The notes under the pieces were generated by a model that was not told the origin of the DNA, did no database searches, and was given only the letters and a program-made list of their open reading frames with translations. This document shows positions 44,148 through 54,384 of a DNA stretch of 59,096 nt, one piece after another. The stretch comes from Candidatus Dojkabacteria bacterium (GTDB lineage Bacteria > Patescibacteriota > Dojkabacteria > SC72): assembly GCA_035370405.1 (NCBI GenBank), contig DAOOVT010000002.1:1-59096 (forward strand), in the 5' to 3' direction. The position numbers were made by a program, and so were the translations under genes. Numbering within the stretch: position 1 is the first letter of the stretch; each line of letters begins with the position of its first letter.

Positions 44148-47100
44148 ATGTTTACTCATTTACATTTGCACACAGAGTACTCTCTGTTGGATGCAACAAC
44201 CAGAATACCAGATTTAATAGAGAAGCTTCAAGAAAGTGGAATGTCATCGTGCGCCATAACCGATCATGGAAATATGTACGGAGTGTTTAAATTTCAAGAT
44301 GCGATGAAGAAGGCTGGTCTTAAGCCTATTATCGGATGTGAAGTCTATATCTCTCCTCGTGATATGCATATGAAGGAATATGGGATAGATAACAACTACA
44401 ATCATCTAATTCTTCTTGCAAAGGATTTTGCAGGATACAAAAATTTGATGAAAATAGTCTCTATTGCACATATGGAAGGTTTCTATTATAGACCTAGGAT
44501 AGATTTTGAGACACTTTCAAAATATACGGAAGGGATTATTTGCCTTTCTGCATGTCTAGTTGGACCAATAACTTCAGAGATTTTGTCGAATAATTATGAT
44601 GGAGCTAAAAGGAAGGCAGAGCAATATGCAGACCTTTTTAAGGATAATTTCTATATTGAAATACAAAGGAATGGGATTAAGGAGCAGGATTTTGCAAATG
44701 AAAAATTGATTCAAATTGCCAGAGAGCTAAATTTACCAATTGTTGCTACTTGTGATTCTCACTATTTGAATAGGGAGGATGCAGAGATACAAGAAATACT
44801 GTGGTGTATAAGTGATGGGTATACTATGGATGATCCTAAGAGGAGAAGAATGCCAACGAATGAGTTCTATGTAAAGACTCCCGAGGAGATGAAGAGATTA
44901 TTCGAGGATATTCCAGAAGCGATCGAAAATACAGATAAGATTTCAGATATGATTGAAGAGTACGATATTACATTCGAGAGGGTTGAAGCTCCATATCTCG
45001 ATTTACCAGAAGGAAAAACATCTCAAGAATATTTTAGAGAGTTAGCATATGATGGATTGAAGAGGAAGTACAAGAAAGTAGATAAGGCACTAAAGGATAG
45101 GGTAAATTACGAATTAGATATTATTCATCAGAAGGGCTACGATGATTACTTTTTGATTGTTCGTGATTTCATAAAATTCTGTAGAGACAATGATATTGTT
45201 GTTGGGATAAGGGGATCTGGGTGTGGGTCTGTAGTAGCATATGCTATTGATATAACTGATATAGAGCCAATAGGATGGGAGTTATATTTTGAAAGATTCT
45301 TAAATCCTGAAAGGCCAAGTCCTCCTGATTTTGATATCGATATAGCAGATAAACGACGAGATGAAGTTATTCAGTATACTGTTAATAAGTATGGTAGTGA
45401 GAATGTTAAGCAGATAGGGACATTTAGTAAGTTACAAACAAGGCAAGCAATTCGTGATGTAGCTAGAGTGATAGGTATTGATTTGCAGACAGCTGATAGC
45501 CTTTCCAAGATGGTTGAGATAGTTTTTGGAAAATCAAAAAGTATTGATTATATGATTGAACACAACCCTGAATTTGCTGAGATAATAAATTCATCTGAAG
45601 AGACAAAACATTTGGCTGAAATTGTAAGAAAAGTTTCTGGATTGTGCAGGGGAGTTTCTACCCATGCGTGCGGTATTTTGATTACACCTAAGCCAGTTGT
45701 TGAATATTGCCCAATTCAAAGAGATGCACATGGTCAAGGAATGGGAATGACACAGTATGAAATGTTTGACATTGAGCCACTCGGTTTAATGAAATACGAC
45801 TTTTTGGGTCTGAGGAATCTTAATGTGATAGGTGCTTGTTTAAAGAAAATTAAAAGAGATAGAAATGAGGATGTTGATTTATCTCGCATAGATTATAACG
45901 ACAAGGCGACATATGATAGTATAAAAAGTGGTCATACAATAGGAATTTTTCAAATGGAGAGTGAAGGTATGAAGAGAACCGTTAAGGCAATAAAGCCTGA
46001 TAGTCTCGAAGATATCTGCTATATTCTTGCAGCATATAGGCCTGGTCCTATGCAGTACATTTCCGAATATATTGCTGTAAAAGAGGGAAAACAAAAACCG
46101 GATTATATCTTCAAAAAATTGGAACCTGTGTTGTCTGTTACTAATGGTGTGATTACATATCAAGAGCAGGTAATGAAAATAGCGCAGGTCATAGCAGGGT
46201 ACTCACTAGGAAAAGCTGATAATTTAAGAAGAGCAATGGGTAAAAAGAAGCTGGAAGTGATGGAAGCAGAAAAACCTGCGTTCATAGAAGGAGCTGTTAA
46301 GAATGGGTTTGATAGAAAATTAGTTGAAAAATTGTGGGATAAACTTGTACTTTTTGCAAACTACGGATTTAATAAGGCACATAGTGCGTCATATGCTACA
46401 ACAGCATACAGAACGGCATATTTAAAAACACATTACCCACTTCAGTACATGGCTGCTCTGTTAGAAGGTGATTTAGAGAAATTTGATAGAGTAGTTATAG
46501 ATTTAAAAGAATGTGAGAGATTAGGTATTAAAGTACTTCCTCCTGATATTAATTTTAGTGGCTTTTACTTTCAGACTGAGAATGACAAGGACATTAGGTT
46601 TGGTTTGGGGGGAATAAAGAATCTTGGACATGATATTGTTAAAAGTATAGTAAGTGAAAGGGAAACAAATGGGAAATTTCAGCATTTAGATGACTTTGTT
46701 CATAGGACATTTGATAAGGTTAATAAAAAAGCTGTTGAGTACTTAATAATGTCTGGTACTATGGATTCCTTTGGGGATAGATTTGATCTTCTTCAAACTC
46801 TACCAACTATTTTTGAAAAAGAAAAAAACTATGAGAAAGTAAAAAATGTTGGACAATTTGATTTCTTTTCATTAAGTCAAAACAAGGCAGAAAATATATC
46901 AAAGACACCACTGGTAGAATGCAAGGATGCCGATAGAAATCTAATTCTCCAATGGGAAAGGGAACTACTTGGTATGTATTTTTCAAGCTATCCTTTAGAT
47001 TCTCTTAAGGATTTTTTTGAAAGTAAGGGTGTCATATCAATTTCAGAGGCTCTAGAAAACAAGAAGAATGGAGAAAGTGTAATTCTGGGAGTTATGGTTA

Positions 47101-47540
47101 CTAAAATAAGAAAAATTACGACAAAGAAAGGCGAAATAATGGCTTTCCTAACAATTGAAGATAAAACTGGGAGTACAAATGCTATTATCTTCCCAAGAAT
47201 ATTTTTAGAATTGAAAGAATCACTACGGGAAAACATTCCATTATTAGTATTGGGAAGAATAAATGAGAGGGATGGAGAGAAAAGTATTGTAATACAAAAA
47301 GCGAAATATGTTGATGAAAGAAAGCACTCTTCCAAATTTGATGGGGTTACATTTAAGATAACTACAGAGCATACAGAGAATGAAGTTTCTGCATTGAAGG
47401 AGTTCATTCAAAGATCTAATGGTAATACAGCCGTTAAAATAGTTGTTGATGATGGGATAACTTCTAATGCAGTTATTCTTAACAAAACAATATTTCTAGA
47501 CGAGGAGTGTCAAAAATGGTTAAGAGTATTCAGAAATTGA
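44148..47540 (+). CDS. dnaE: DNA polymerase III subunit alpha
   Basis: PHP domain (HLHLHTEYSLLDA), polymerase core (PDFDIDI, GIFQMESEGM, NKAHSASYA), HhH and a C-terminal OB fold. 1130 aa. Confidence 0.97.
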   Translation: MFTHLHLHTEYSLLDATTRIPDLIEKLQESGMSSCAITDHGNMYGVFKFQDAMKKAGLKPIIGCEVYISPRDMHMKEYGIDNNYNHLILLAKDFAGYKNLMKIVSIAHMEGFYYRPRIDFETLSKYTEGIICLSACLVGPITSEILSNNYDGAKRKAEQYADLFKDNFYIEIQRNGIKEQDFANEKLIQIARELNLPIVATCDSHYLNREDAEIQEILWCISDGYTMDDPKRRRMPTNEFYVKTPEEMKRLFEDIPEAIENTDKISDMIEEYDITFERVEAPYLDLPEGKTSQEYFRELAYDGLKRKYKKVDKALKDRVNYELDIIHQKGYDDYFLIVRDFIKFCRDNDIVVGIRGSGCGSVVAYAIDITDIEPIGWELYFERFLNPERPSPPDFDIDIADKRRDEVIQYTVNKYGSENVKQIGTFSKLQTRQAIRDVARVIGIDLQTADSLSKMVEIVFGKSKSIDYMIEHNPEFAEIINSSEETKHLAEIVRKVSGLCRGVSTHACGILITPKPVVEYCPIQRDAHGQGMGMTQYEMFDIEPLGLMKYDFLGLRNLNVIGACLKKIKRDRNEDVDLSRIDYNDKATYDSIKSGHTIGIFQMESEGMKRTVKAIKPDSLEDICYILAAYRPGPMQYISEYIAVKEGKQKPDYIFKKLEPVLSVTNGVITYQEQVMKIAQVIAGYSLGKADNLRRAMGKKKLEVMEAEKPAFIEGAVKNGFDRKLVEKLWDKLVLFANYGFNKAHSASYATTAYRTAYLKTHYPLQYMAALLEGDLEKFDRVVIDLKECERLGIKVLPPDINFSGFYFQTENDKDIRFGLGGIKNLGHDIVKSIVSERETNGKFQHLDDFVHRTFDKVNKKAVEYLIMSGTMDSFGDRFDLLQTLPTIFEKEKNYEKVKNVGQFDFFSLSQNKAENISKTPLVECKDADRNLILQWERELLGMYFSSYPLDSLKDFFESKGVISISEALENKKNGESVILGVMVTKIRKITTKKGEIMAFLTIEDKTGSTNAIIFPRIFLELKESLRENIPLLVLGRINERDGEKSIVIQKAKYVDERKHSSKFDGVTFKITTEHTENEVSALKEFIQRSNGNTAVKIVVDDGITSNAVILNKTIFLDEECQKWLRVFRN

Positions 47541-47552
47541 TATAATAGCAAT

Positions 47553-49016
47553 ATGAAAGTGAAGGATATTGACAATCTTCCCATAACTTCGGGGGTATAT
47601 AAGTTCTATGATTCGCATCATCAAATCCTCTATGTAGGAAAGGCGAACTGCTTAAGGAATAGGGTGAAGTCATATTTTAACGAAGAATTGTATGATAGAC
47701 CATTTGTTAAACAGATGATCCCATTGATAGAAGATATTGAAATTGTCAAAACAAATAATGAAATAGAATCATTAGTTCTAGAATCTGCTCTAATTAAAAA
47801 ATACAAACCTAAGTACAACAGTGATTTAAAGGATGGTAAATCATATGCTTGGATATATATCTCTACAAAAGATGATTTTCCGACTGTTAAAATCGTTAGA
47901 AGTATATCCACTAAGGATTTGAAAAGAGGCCGCTTATTTGGTCCATATCCTAACGGTAGAGCTGTTAAAAGAATATTTACTTACCTGCGTAAGCTTTATC
48001 CATTTTGTACATGTTCTGGGAAGGAACATAGGGAGTGCTTCTACTATCATTTGGGGTTGTGTCCTGGACCATATCAGGGACATATTAGTAAGAAGGAATA
48101 CAGAAAAAATATTAATGAAATAATAAAATTCCTAGACGGAAGAAAAAGGGGACACTTAGATGCATTAGAAAAGGAGATGGCAATGTATTCACAGGTCATG
48201 GACTATGAAAATGCAGCTGTAGTTAGAGATAAAATAAATGATTTAAAATATTTGGGTGAAAGGATAGATTTTGAGTATGGGGATACAGAAGAGTCATATT
48301 CTATGAGAAGAAAGGAAGCCCTAATGAGTAATTTTTGTGATTTGAAAATTGAACTTGGATTAAAGAAACTAAAAAGAATTGAATGCTATGATATCTCAAA
48401 TATTTCTGGCCTACAGGCATATGGTTCAATGACTGTTGCTGAGAATGGAGAGATTGTTAATTCACAATACAGGATATTTAGAATTAAAACATTGAATACA
48501 CCAAATGATCCTGAGATGTTAAGGGAGGTTTTAAAAAGAAGATTTGAGAATAATGAAAAATATCCAGCATATCCAGATATAGTTTTAATAGATGGAGGAA
48601 AATCACAATTAAGTGCTGTCTACTCTGAGATTCCTAGTGATATTTTACTTCTTGGTATTTCAAAAGGGAAAAGATTAAAGAAAAAGGGGAAAAAGTTATT
48701 AGATGAGTTCTGGTTGTATGACAGAAAGACAAATGCAATTGAGGAGATAAGCATAAAGAATAAAAGTATACTGATAGAGCTCAGAGATGAAGCACACAGG
48801 TTTGCGATACTTCATCACCGTAAAGCACGAATAAGGGAAAGTAAAAATTCACAATTATTAAATATAGATGGGGTAGGAAGGAAAAGAAGATTAGAACTTT
48901 TGAAGAGGTTTAAAAGTATAGAAAATATGAAAAATGCCTCCTTCGAAGAAATCAATGCTGTTGTAAATAACAGATCTGTTTCAAATAGAATCTTAGAATA
49001 TCTTAGTACTTTATAG
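47553..49016 (+). CDS. uvrC: Excinuclease ABC subunit C (compact, 487 aa)
   Basis: GIY-YIG (GVYKFYD...ILYVGKANCLRNRVKSYF), a Cys-rich segment, a UVR domain (YENAAVVRDKINDLK), an endonuclease domain (ECYDISN) and a C-terminal HhH (IDGVGRKRRLELLKRF). It is about 100 aa shorter than typical UvrC. Confidence 0.9.
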   Translation: MKVKDIDNLPITSGVYKFYDSHHQILYVGKANCLRNRVKSYFNEELYDRPFVKQMIPLIEDIEIVKTNNEIESLVLESALIKKYKPKYNSDLKDGKSYAWIYISTKDDFPTVKIVRSISTKDLKRGRLFGPYPNGRAVKRIFTYLRKLYPFCTCSGKEHRECFYYHLGLCPGPYQGHISKKEYRKNINEIIKFLDGRKRGHLDALEKEMAMYSQVMDYENAAVVRDKINDLKYLGERIDFEYGDTEESYSMRRKEALMSNFCDLKIELGLKKLKRIECYDISNISGLQAYGSMTVAENGEIVNSQYRIFRIKTLNTPNDPEMLREVLKRRFENNEKYPAYPDIVLIDGGKSQLSAVYSEIPSDILLLGISKGKRLKKKGKKLLDEFWLYDRKTNAIEEISIKNKSILIELRDEAHRFAILHHRKARIRESKNSQLLNIDGVGRKRRLELLKRFKSIENMKNASFEEINAVVNNRSVSNRILEYLSTL

Positions 49017-50118
49017 TGTTCTGAGGTTTCAAATTATCCAGAACAAAATTAAAGAATTCTTCATTCTCATTAGGTGTATCAATGATATAGACAATTCCAT
49101 CATTTGGGTTTATGAGTACATAACATATATGCGATACATTTGTACATGATAGATTAGCTCTTAATCCAATGGAATATTGAGTAGGGGCAAGTATGGTGTT
49201 CTTTATAATGCAATTTTGTGTCTCCGTTGATTGATTTATGTATTGCTGGAGAAATACATCCAATTCTTCCCCCGAATATTTAGCAATAGGGGTAAGAAGT
49301 AAAGTAGTGTTTGTTCCTAATTTTTTGAACTCAACGGATCTGTACTTTTCTAAATCGGTTGAATGATATGTAATTAAATAATCCTTTGGAGTTTCTAATA
49401 TCCAAGGGAAATCTGGAAGCAAGTCCTGTGTATCTTTGTCATTTAGTAGCATATCTCTAGCAATTTCTTCTTCAATTCTGGATTTTAGTCCATTTTGTGC
49501 ATCTATTATTGATATAGTTTCGTACCAAATATCTCTATACTTTGAATATATTCTTAAACCTTTTGTTCCATTTTCCCAATACATTCCACTCTTCATTTCT
49601 TCAGAACCAGTAGGAACAGTTTGTATATATCTCCATCCTGTTTTTGGTAACTCCTCAGCATAAAATGCATATACATCATCTATGCTTTTGTCTTCGAGTA
49701 TCTTGTATGCAGAATTTCCAGAACTTAGAAAATTTGAAACATACGGATCATCTAATTCATTGGAAAACATAAAGGATGAATATGGATATGCAGGGATATT
49801 ATCTAGGCCAATAACATTTTCTCTCTGAGAATTTATCTCCTTGTCTTTTCTGATTGTAGAAACAATTTTAATTAGTAAGAGTAATGACCCTGCAAGAAAA
49901 AATAGTACAACAAAAAATTTAGCTACATACTTAAATTTTGATTTATCATATTTTTTCTTAAATTTCCTTCTCTTGTTTGATTCTTTATTTTTCTTGAAGA
50001 ATACATTCTTCTTAATATTCTTTTTATTTGAAAAAGATGGTTCTTTTACCATTGATATGTTTACGGGTGGACATACTTTCATTTTTTTGTTCTTAGTAGC
50101 TTGCTTAGACAACTTCAT
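49003..50118 (-). CDS. Membrane-anchored hypothetical protein (371 aa)
   Basis: Lys-rich N-terminus, one TM helix (FFVVLFFLAGSLLLLIKIV) and a ~280-aa extracytoplasmic domain with no motif I recognise. Confidence 0.5.
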   Translation of the reverse strand: MKLSKQATKNKKMKVCPPVNISMVKEPSFSNKKNIKKNVFFKKNKESNKRRKFKKKYDKSKFKYVAKFFVVLFFLAGSLLLLIKIVSTIRKDKEINSQRENVIGLDNIPAYPYSSFMFSNELDDPYVSNFLSSGNSAYKILEDKSIDDVYAFYAEELPKTGWRYIQTVPTGSEEMKSGMYWENGTKGLRIYSKYRDIWYETISIIDAQNGLKSRIEEEIARDMLLNDKDTQDLLPDFPWILETPKDYLITYHSTDLEKYRSVEFKKLGTNTTLLLTPIAKYSGEELDVFLQQYINQSTETQNCIIKNTILAPTQYSIGLRANLSCTNVSHICYVLINPNDGIVYIIDTPNENEEFFNFVLDNLKPQNTIKY

Positions 50119-50182
50119 ATCTAGATATTATGATATGAAAGTGGATAGCTTGTCTACTTGTGTAGTATAATTGCAGAGTCTA

Positions 50183-50253
50183 TGCGGGATTGTCTAATGG
50201 TAGGACGCCGGCCTTTGAAGCCGAGAATCATGGTTCGAATCCATGTCCCGCAA
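50183..50253 (+). tRNA. tRNA-Gln (anticodon TTG)
   Basis: TGCGGGA-TT-GTCTAATGGTAGGAC-G-CCGGC-CTTTGAA-GCCGA-GAAT-CATGG-TTCGAAT-CCATG-TCCCGCA-A, with a U1:A72 pair typical of tRNA-Gln. Confidence 0.88.
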
Positions 50254-50257
50254 TTTT

Positions 50258-50530
50258 TTAATAATCCGATGCGTTGAATTGTGCAATAGTCATAGATATT
50301 TTATCCATAGCCTGTTTTAGAACTGGTCTATCCGAACCTACTGGTCCAATTTCATCTAGTATATCCTCTAACTCTTCTGAGGATACAAGTATTTGATTTG
50401 AATCCTCTATATTGTCAACTGCTGATTTCAACTTTATTGAAAGTTGAGAATCAACATTTTTAGTAATATCGTAATATTTTAGTAGTTCGAGTAATTCATC
50501 TCTTGAAAGTGTTAATATTCCTCTTTTCAT
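50258..50530 (-). CDS. Small acidic hypothetical protein (90 aa) downstream of uvrB
   Basis: The ORF begins 19 nt after the uvrB stop on the same strand. Helical and acidic, with no recognisable family. Confidence 0.45.
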   Translation of the reverse strand: MKRGILTLSRDELLELLKYYDITKNVDSQLSIKLKSAVDNIEDSNQILVSSEELEDILDEIGPVGSDRPVLKQAMDKISMTIAQFNASDY

Positions 50531-50548
50531 TTTAATGTATTGATTAGT

Positions 50549-52513
50549 TTAAAATAATTCTGATTTTAATTCCTTAATTTCATCACGAAGTTGTGCTGCC
50601 TTTTCAAAATTCAAATTATCTGCAGCAATTAGCATTTTATTTTCTAAATCTTTGATTAGCAGTCTTTTTTGTTTTGCATCCATTTTCTGTATATCCTCAT
50701 CAGTTTTAAGATCTTTCTCCTCTGTTTGTACTAATCTATCTCTTATTTCTTTCTGAATACTTTTTGGAATTATATTATGTTCTTTGTTGTACTCCTCCTG
50801 ATATTTTCTCCTTCTCTCAGTTTCTTCAATGGCATCCTTCATACTTTGTGTAATGCTATCTGCATACATTATGACTCTTCCCTCGACATGCCTTGCTGCT
50901 CTCCCTATGGTTTGAATTAGACTTGTTTTTGATCTAAGGAAACCTTCTTTGTCTGCATCTAATATTATCACTAAGGATACTTCAGGAAGATCTATTCCTT
51001 CTCTTAGTAAATTTATTCCTACTACAACATCGTATTCTCCAAGTCTTAAGTCTCTTAAAATGTCTACTCTCTCTATAGCGTCAATATCGGAATGTATGTA
51101 TTGAACTTTAATTCCTGTATCCTTCAGATATGAGGTTAAATCTTCTGCCATTTTTTTAGTAAGTGTTGTAACAAGTACTCTTTGTTTTTTCTGCACATTT
51201 TTGTAAATTTCAGATATTACATCATCTATCTGTCCTTGTGTTTTTCTGATGTCAATTTTAGGATCTAAAAGGCCTGTTGGTCTTGTTAGTAATTCAACTA
51301 CAGTATTTCCACTATCTTCTATTTCCCATTGGGATGGAGTAGCTGAAAAATATATTGTTGTTCCCTGTTTTTTTCTAAATTCATTAAAGTTTAAAGGCCT
51401 ATTATCTCGTGCTGTAGGAAGTCTAAATCCATATTCTACAAGATTGTCTTTTCTCATTTTGTCACCATTGTACATACCTGCGACTTGTGGAATAGTGATG
51501 TGTGATTCATCAATAAACATCATATAGTCCTTGGGAAAGTAATCTAAAAGAGTGTATGGAGGTTCTCCAGTTTTTCTTCCATCAAAATATATGCTGTAGT
51601 TTTCCATACTTTTGCAGTATCCAACCTCTCTTAGCATTTCAATATCATAATTAGTCTTTTGGGATAATCTATTTGCTTCTAGTTCTTTTCCAATATTTTT
51701 TAGGAATTGGACTCTCTTCTCTAAATCTGTTTGAATTTTTTGTATGGCACTGTCTATTGTTTGTTTTGGGTATACTAAAGAAGTAGCAGGAAATACAAGA
51801 ACTTCTTTCAATTCTTCAATTTTGTGTTTACTTATTGGATCAACTCTAGAAATTTTTTCAATTGTATTTCCAACTAGTTCTATTCTTAACGAAGTGTCAT
51901 CATATGGAGGATAGATTTCAATAATGTCTCCTGATATTCTAAATACACCATTAGTAAAATCATAAGTATCTCTTTCATATCTCATATTTACTAGTCTTAA
52001 CCCTATGTCTGATATCTTGATGTTTTGTCCAGTGGAAAATGATAATGTTTGATTTTCATAGTTTGTTGGTGCTCCAATGTTGTAGATGCATGATACTGAT
52101 GCAACAACTATTGTATCTCTGCGAGTTATTGCTGAATTCATTGCTCCAAATCTTAGGTTTTCAATTTGTTTGTTGACTTCTGATTCTTTCTCAATGTAGA
52201 GGTCTTTTGTAGGAATATATGCTTCTGGTTGATAGTAATCATAATATGATACAAAGTATTTTACAGAATTTTCAGGAAAGAATTCCTTAAACTCTTCATA
52301 GAGCTGAGCGGCTAGGGTTTTGTTGTGCGATAATATGAGGGTTGGTCTATTACATTTTTGTATTATATTTGCCATAACAAAGGTTTTGCCTGATCCTGTA
52401 ACTCCGAGTACCGTCTGTTTTTGTTTTGTTTTCATTCCTTCTACTATCTCATCTATCGCCCTTTGTTGGTCTTCAGATGGAGTGTATGGGGATTGTAGTT
52501 TGAATTGATTCAT
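50549..52513 (-). CDS. uvrB: Excinuclease ABC subunit B
   Basis: Walker A GVTGSGKTF, DESH box (FIDESHITIPQ), helicase motifs and a C-terminal UVR domain (NFEKAAQLRDEIKELK). Confidence 0.97.
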   Translation of the reverse strand: MNQFKLQSPYTPSEDQQRAIDEIVEGMKTKQKQTVLGVTGSGKTFVMANIIQKCNRPTLILSHNKTLAAQLYEEFKEFFPENSVKYFVSYYDYYQPEAYIPTKDLYIEKESEVNKQIENLRFGAMNSAITRRDTIVVASVSCIYNIGAPTNYENQTLSFSTGQNIKISDIGLRLVNMRYERDTYDFTNGVFRISGDIIEIYPPYDDTSLRIELVGNTIEKISRVDPISKHKIEELKEVLVFPATSLVYPKQTIDSAIQKIQTDLEKRVQFLKNIGKELEANRLSQKTNYDIEMLREVGYCKSMENYSIYFDGRKTGEPPYTLLDYFPKDYMMFIDESHITIPQVAGMYNGDKMRKDNLVEYGFRLPTARDNRPLNFNEFRKKQGTTIYFSATPSQWEIEDSGNTVVELLTRPTGLLDPKIDIRKTQGQIDDVISEIYKNVQKKQRVLVTTLTKKMAEDLTSYLKDTGIKVQYIHSDIDAIERVDILRDLRLGEYDVVVGINLLREGIDLPEVSLVIILDADKEGFLRSKTSLIQTIGRAARHVEGRVIMYADSITQSMKDAIEETERRRKYQEEYNKEHNIIPKSIQKEIRDRLVQTEEKDLKTDEDIQKMDAKQKRLLIKDLENKMLIAADNLNFEKAAQLRDEIKELKSELF

Positions 52514-52557
52514 CTGGTGTATTTTAGCAAATATCTGTATGTGTTAGAATATCGATA

Positions 52558-54384
52558 ATGAGAAGAGAAATATTAAATAGGTTACCGCCAGAAGTTGTAA
52601 ATCAAATTGCTGCAGGTGAGGTTGTGGAGAGACCTTCATCTGTTGTTAAGGAATTAGTGGATAATGCAATAGATGCACAGGCTTCAAAGATAGTTATTAA
52701 GGTGAGGAATGGTGGCATTGATATGATAGAAGTGGAGGATAATGGATACGGTATTCCAATGGAGAACCTTGCGTCTGTATTTGAGCCACATACGACGAGT
52801 AAGATTCATTCGATAGAGGATCTTAATACATTGATGAGTATGGGTTTTAGAGGGGAGGCGTTGTCGACTATAACTTCAGTAGCAAAAGTTGAATTGATTT
52901 CTAGGTATATAGATGAGCAAGCAGGGAGTAAGATTTCTTTTGATGAGAGAGGACATTCACATATAGTTTCTGCACCAAAGGAGTGTGGAACAACAATTAA
53001 AGTAGAGGATATTTTTTACAATATTCCTGCTAGAAGAAAGTTTTTGAAAAGTTCAGCTACAGAATTTAGAAAGATATATGATATTTTGGTTAAGTATTAC
53101 CTCATATATCCCAATATTCATTTTGTCCTATATAGGGATGGAAAGGTAGTTGATGATATTAAAAATATAACTGGAGGTGGTGCTGGAGAATTAGTTGGTG
53201 AGAGAATTAAGGTAGTTTTGGGTGAAGGTGTATTTAAGAATATGTTAGAGGTATTTTCAGAGGGTTCAGGTATTAAAGTTAGTGGTTATGTGGCACATCC
53301 ATCTACCCATAATAGAGGCAACAAGCATCAGTTTGTTTTCCTAAATGGTAGGCCTATTGTTGATAGAGGAATTGCTAGTTCAGTACTTAGTAGTTATTCT
53401 AGGTATATTCCAGCAGGTGAGAAGGTTGATTTTATTATAAATGTAAGAATTAACCCAGAATTAGTAGATGTTAATGTGCATCCTAGAAAGGAAGAGGTAC
53501 GATTTCAAAATCCATATCGGGTGTATTCTTCAGTAGAATTGGCTGTTAAACATGCATTGGAAACTAATTTGTCATATACGTCTGGAAATACATCTGAAAA
53601 TGTTTCCCCAAATTTTTCTGCACTAAGGGATAAATTAAATGTTGGATCTTCCAAGAATTATGAGTTATCAATCCGTAATTCAGGGAACAAGTTTAAAGAT
53701 GCATATGTTCCTCCTAGGAATTTTTCTGTGAAGGATAGTATTCTTTTTTCGAGTGAAATATTAAAACAAGAAAGAGAAGATATACGGGGTCATGGGGAGG
53801 ATTTTGGTGGCATAGTAAGTGTTCATCAGATATTTGATAAATATATAGTTGTAGAGTATGAGGGTGGGATATGTTGGATAGTTGATCAGCATGCAGCTGC
53901 AGAGAGAGTAAATTTTGAGAAGTTAGTAGGTAGAGAATTGGAGAAGGAGAATCTTCAACAATTGTTGGTTCCTGTTTTAATCTCATTAAGTAAGACAGAG
54001 GTATTGTTTCTAAGGGAGAATCAAGGGTTTTTTGAGAATTTAGGCTTTATTTTTGATATTAAGGATGAAGGGATTTTACTTAAGACTGTTCCTGCAGAGT
54101 ATGTGGATTCTGATTTTGAGTTAATTTTCCGTGAGATTTTTAAGTTGGATGATGATATTTCAGTTTTAAGGAAGTCCTTTGATGAGCATAAAGAGGATAT
54201 TTTAGCCACTATTGCGTGTCATGGAAGTATTCGTAGTGGACAAAAATTGAGTATAGAAGAGATGATTTATTTAGTAAATCAGTTGAAAAGATGCAAGAAT
54301 CCATATAGTTGTCCTCATGGGAGACCAATTGTTTGGGAATTGAAATTGCAGGATATAGATTCACATTTTGAGAGAACATATTGA
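52558..54384 (+). CDS. mutL: DNA mismatch repair protein MutL (endonuclease-type)
   Basis: GHKL ATPase motifs (VVERPSSVVKELVDNAIDA, DNGYGI, GFRGEAL). C-terminal DQHAAAERVNFE, ACHGSIRSG and CPHGRP motifs typical of nicking MutL. Confidence 0.95.
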   Translation: MRREILNRLPPEVVNQIAAGEVVERPSSVVKELVDNAIDAQASKIVIKVRNGGIDMIEVEDNGYGIPMENLASVFEPHTTSKIHSIEDLNTLMSMGFRGEALSTITSVAKVELISRYIDEQAGSKISFDERGHSHIVSAPKECGTTIKVEDIFYNIPARRKFLKSSATEFRKIYDILVKYYLIYPNIHFVLYRDGKVVDDIKNITGGGAGELVGERIKVVLGEGVFKNMLEVFSEGSGIKVSGYVAHPSTHNRGNKHQFVFLNGRPIVDRGIASSVLSSYSRYIPAGEKVDFIINVRINPELVDVNVHPRKEEVRFQNPYRVYSSVELAVKHALETNLSYTSGNTSENVSPNFSALRDKLNVGSSKNYELSIRNSGNKFKDAYVPPRNFSVKDSILFSSEILKQEREDIRGHGEDFGGIVSVHQIFDKYIVVEYEGGICWIVDQHAAAERVNFEKLVGRELEKENLQQLLVPVLISLSKTEVLFLRENQGFFENLGFIFDIKDEGILLKTVPAEYVDSDFELIFREIFKLDDDISVLRKSFDEHKEDILATIACHGSIRSGQKLSIEEMIYLVNQLKRCKNPYSCPHGRPIVWELKLQDIDSHFERTY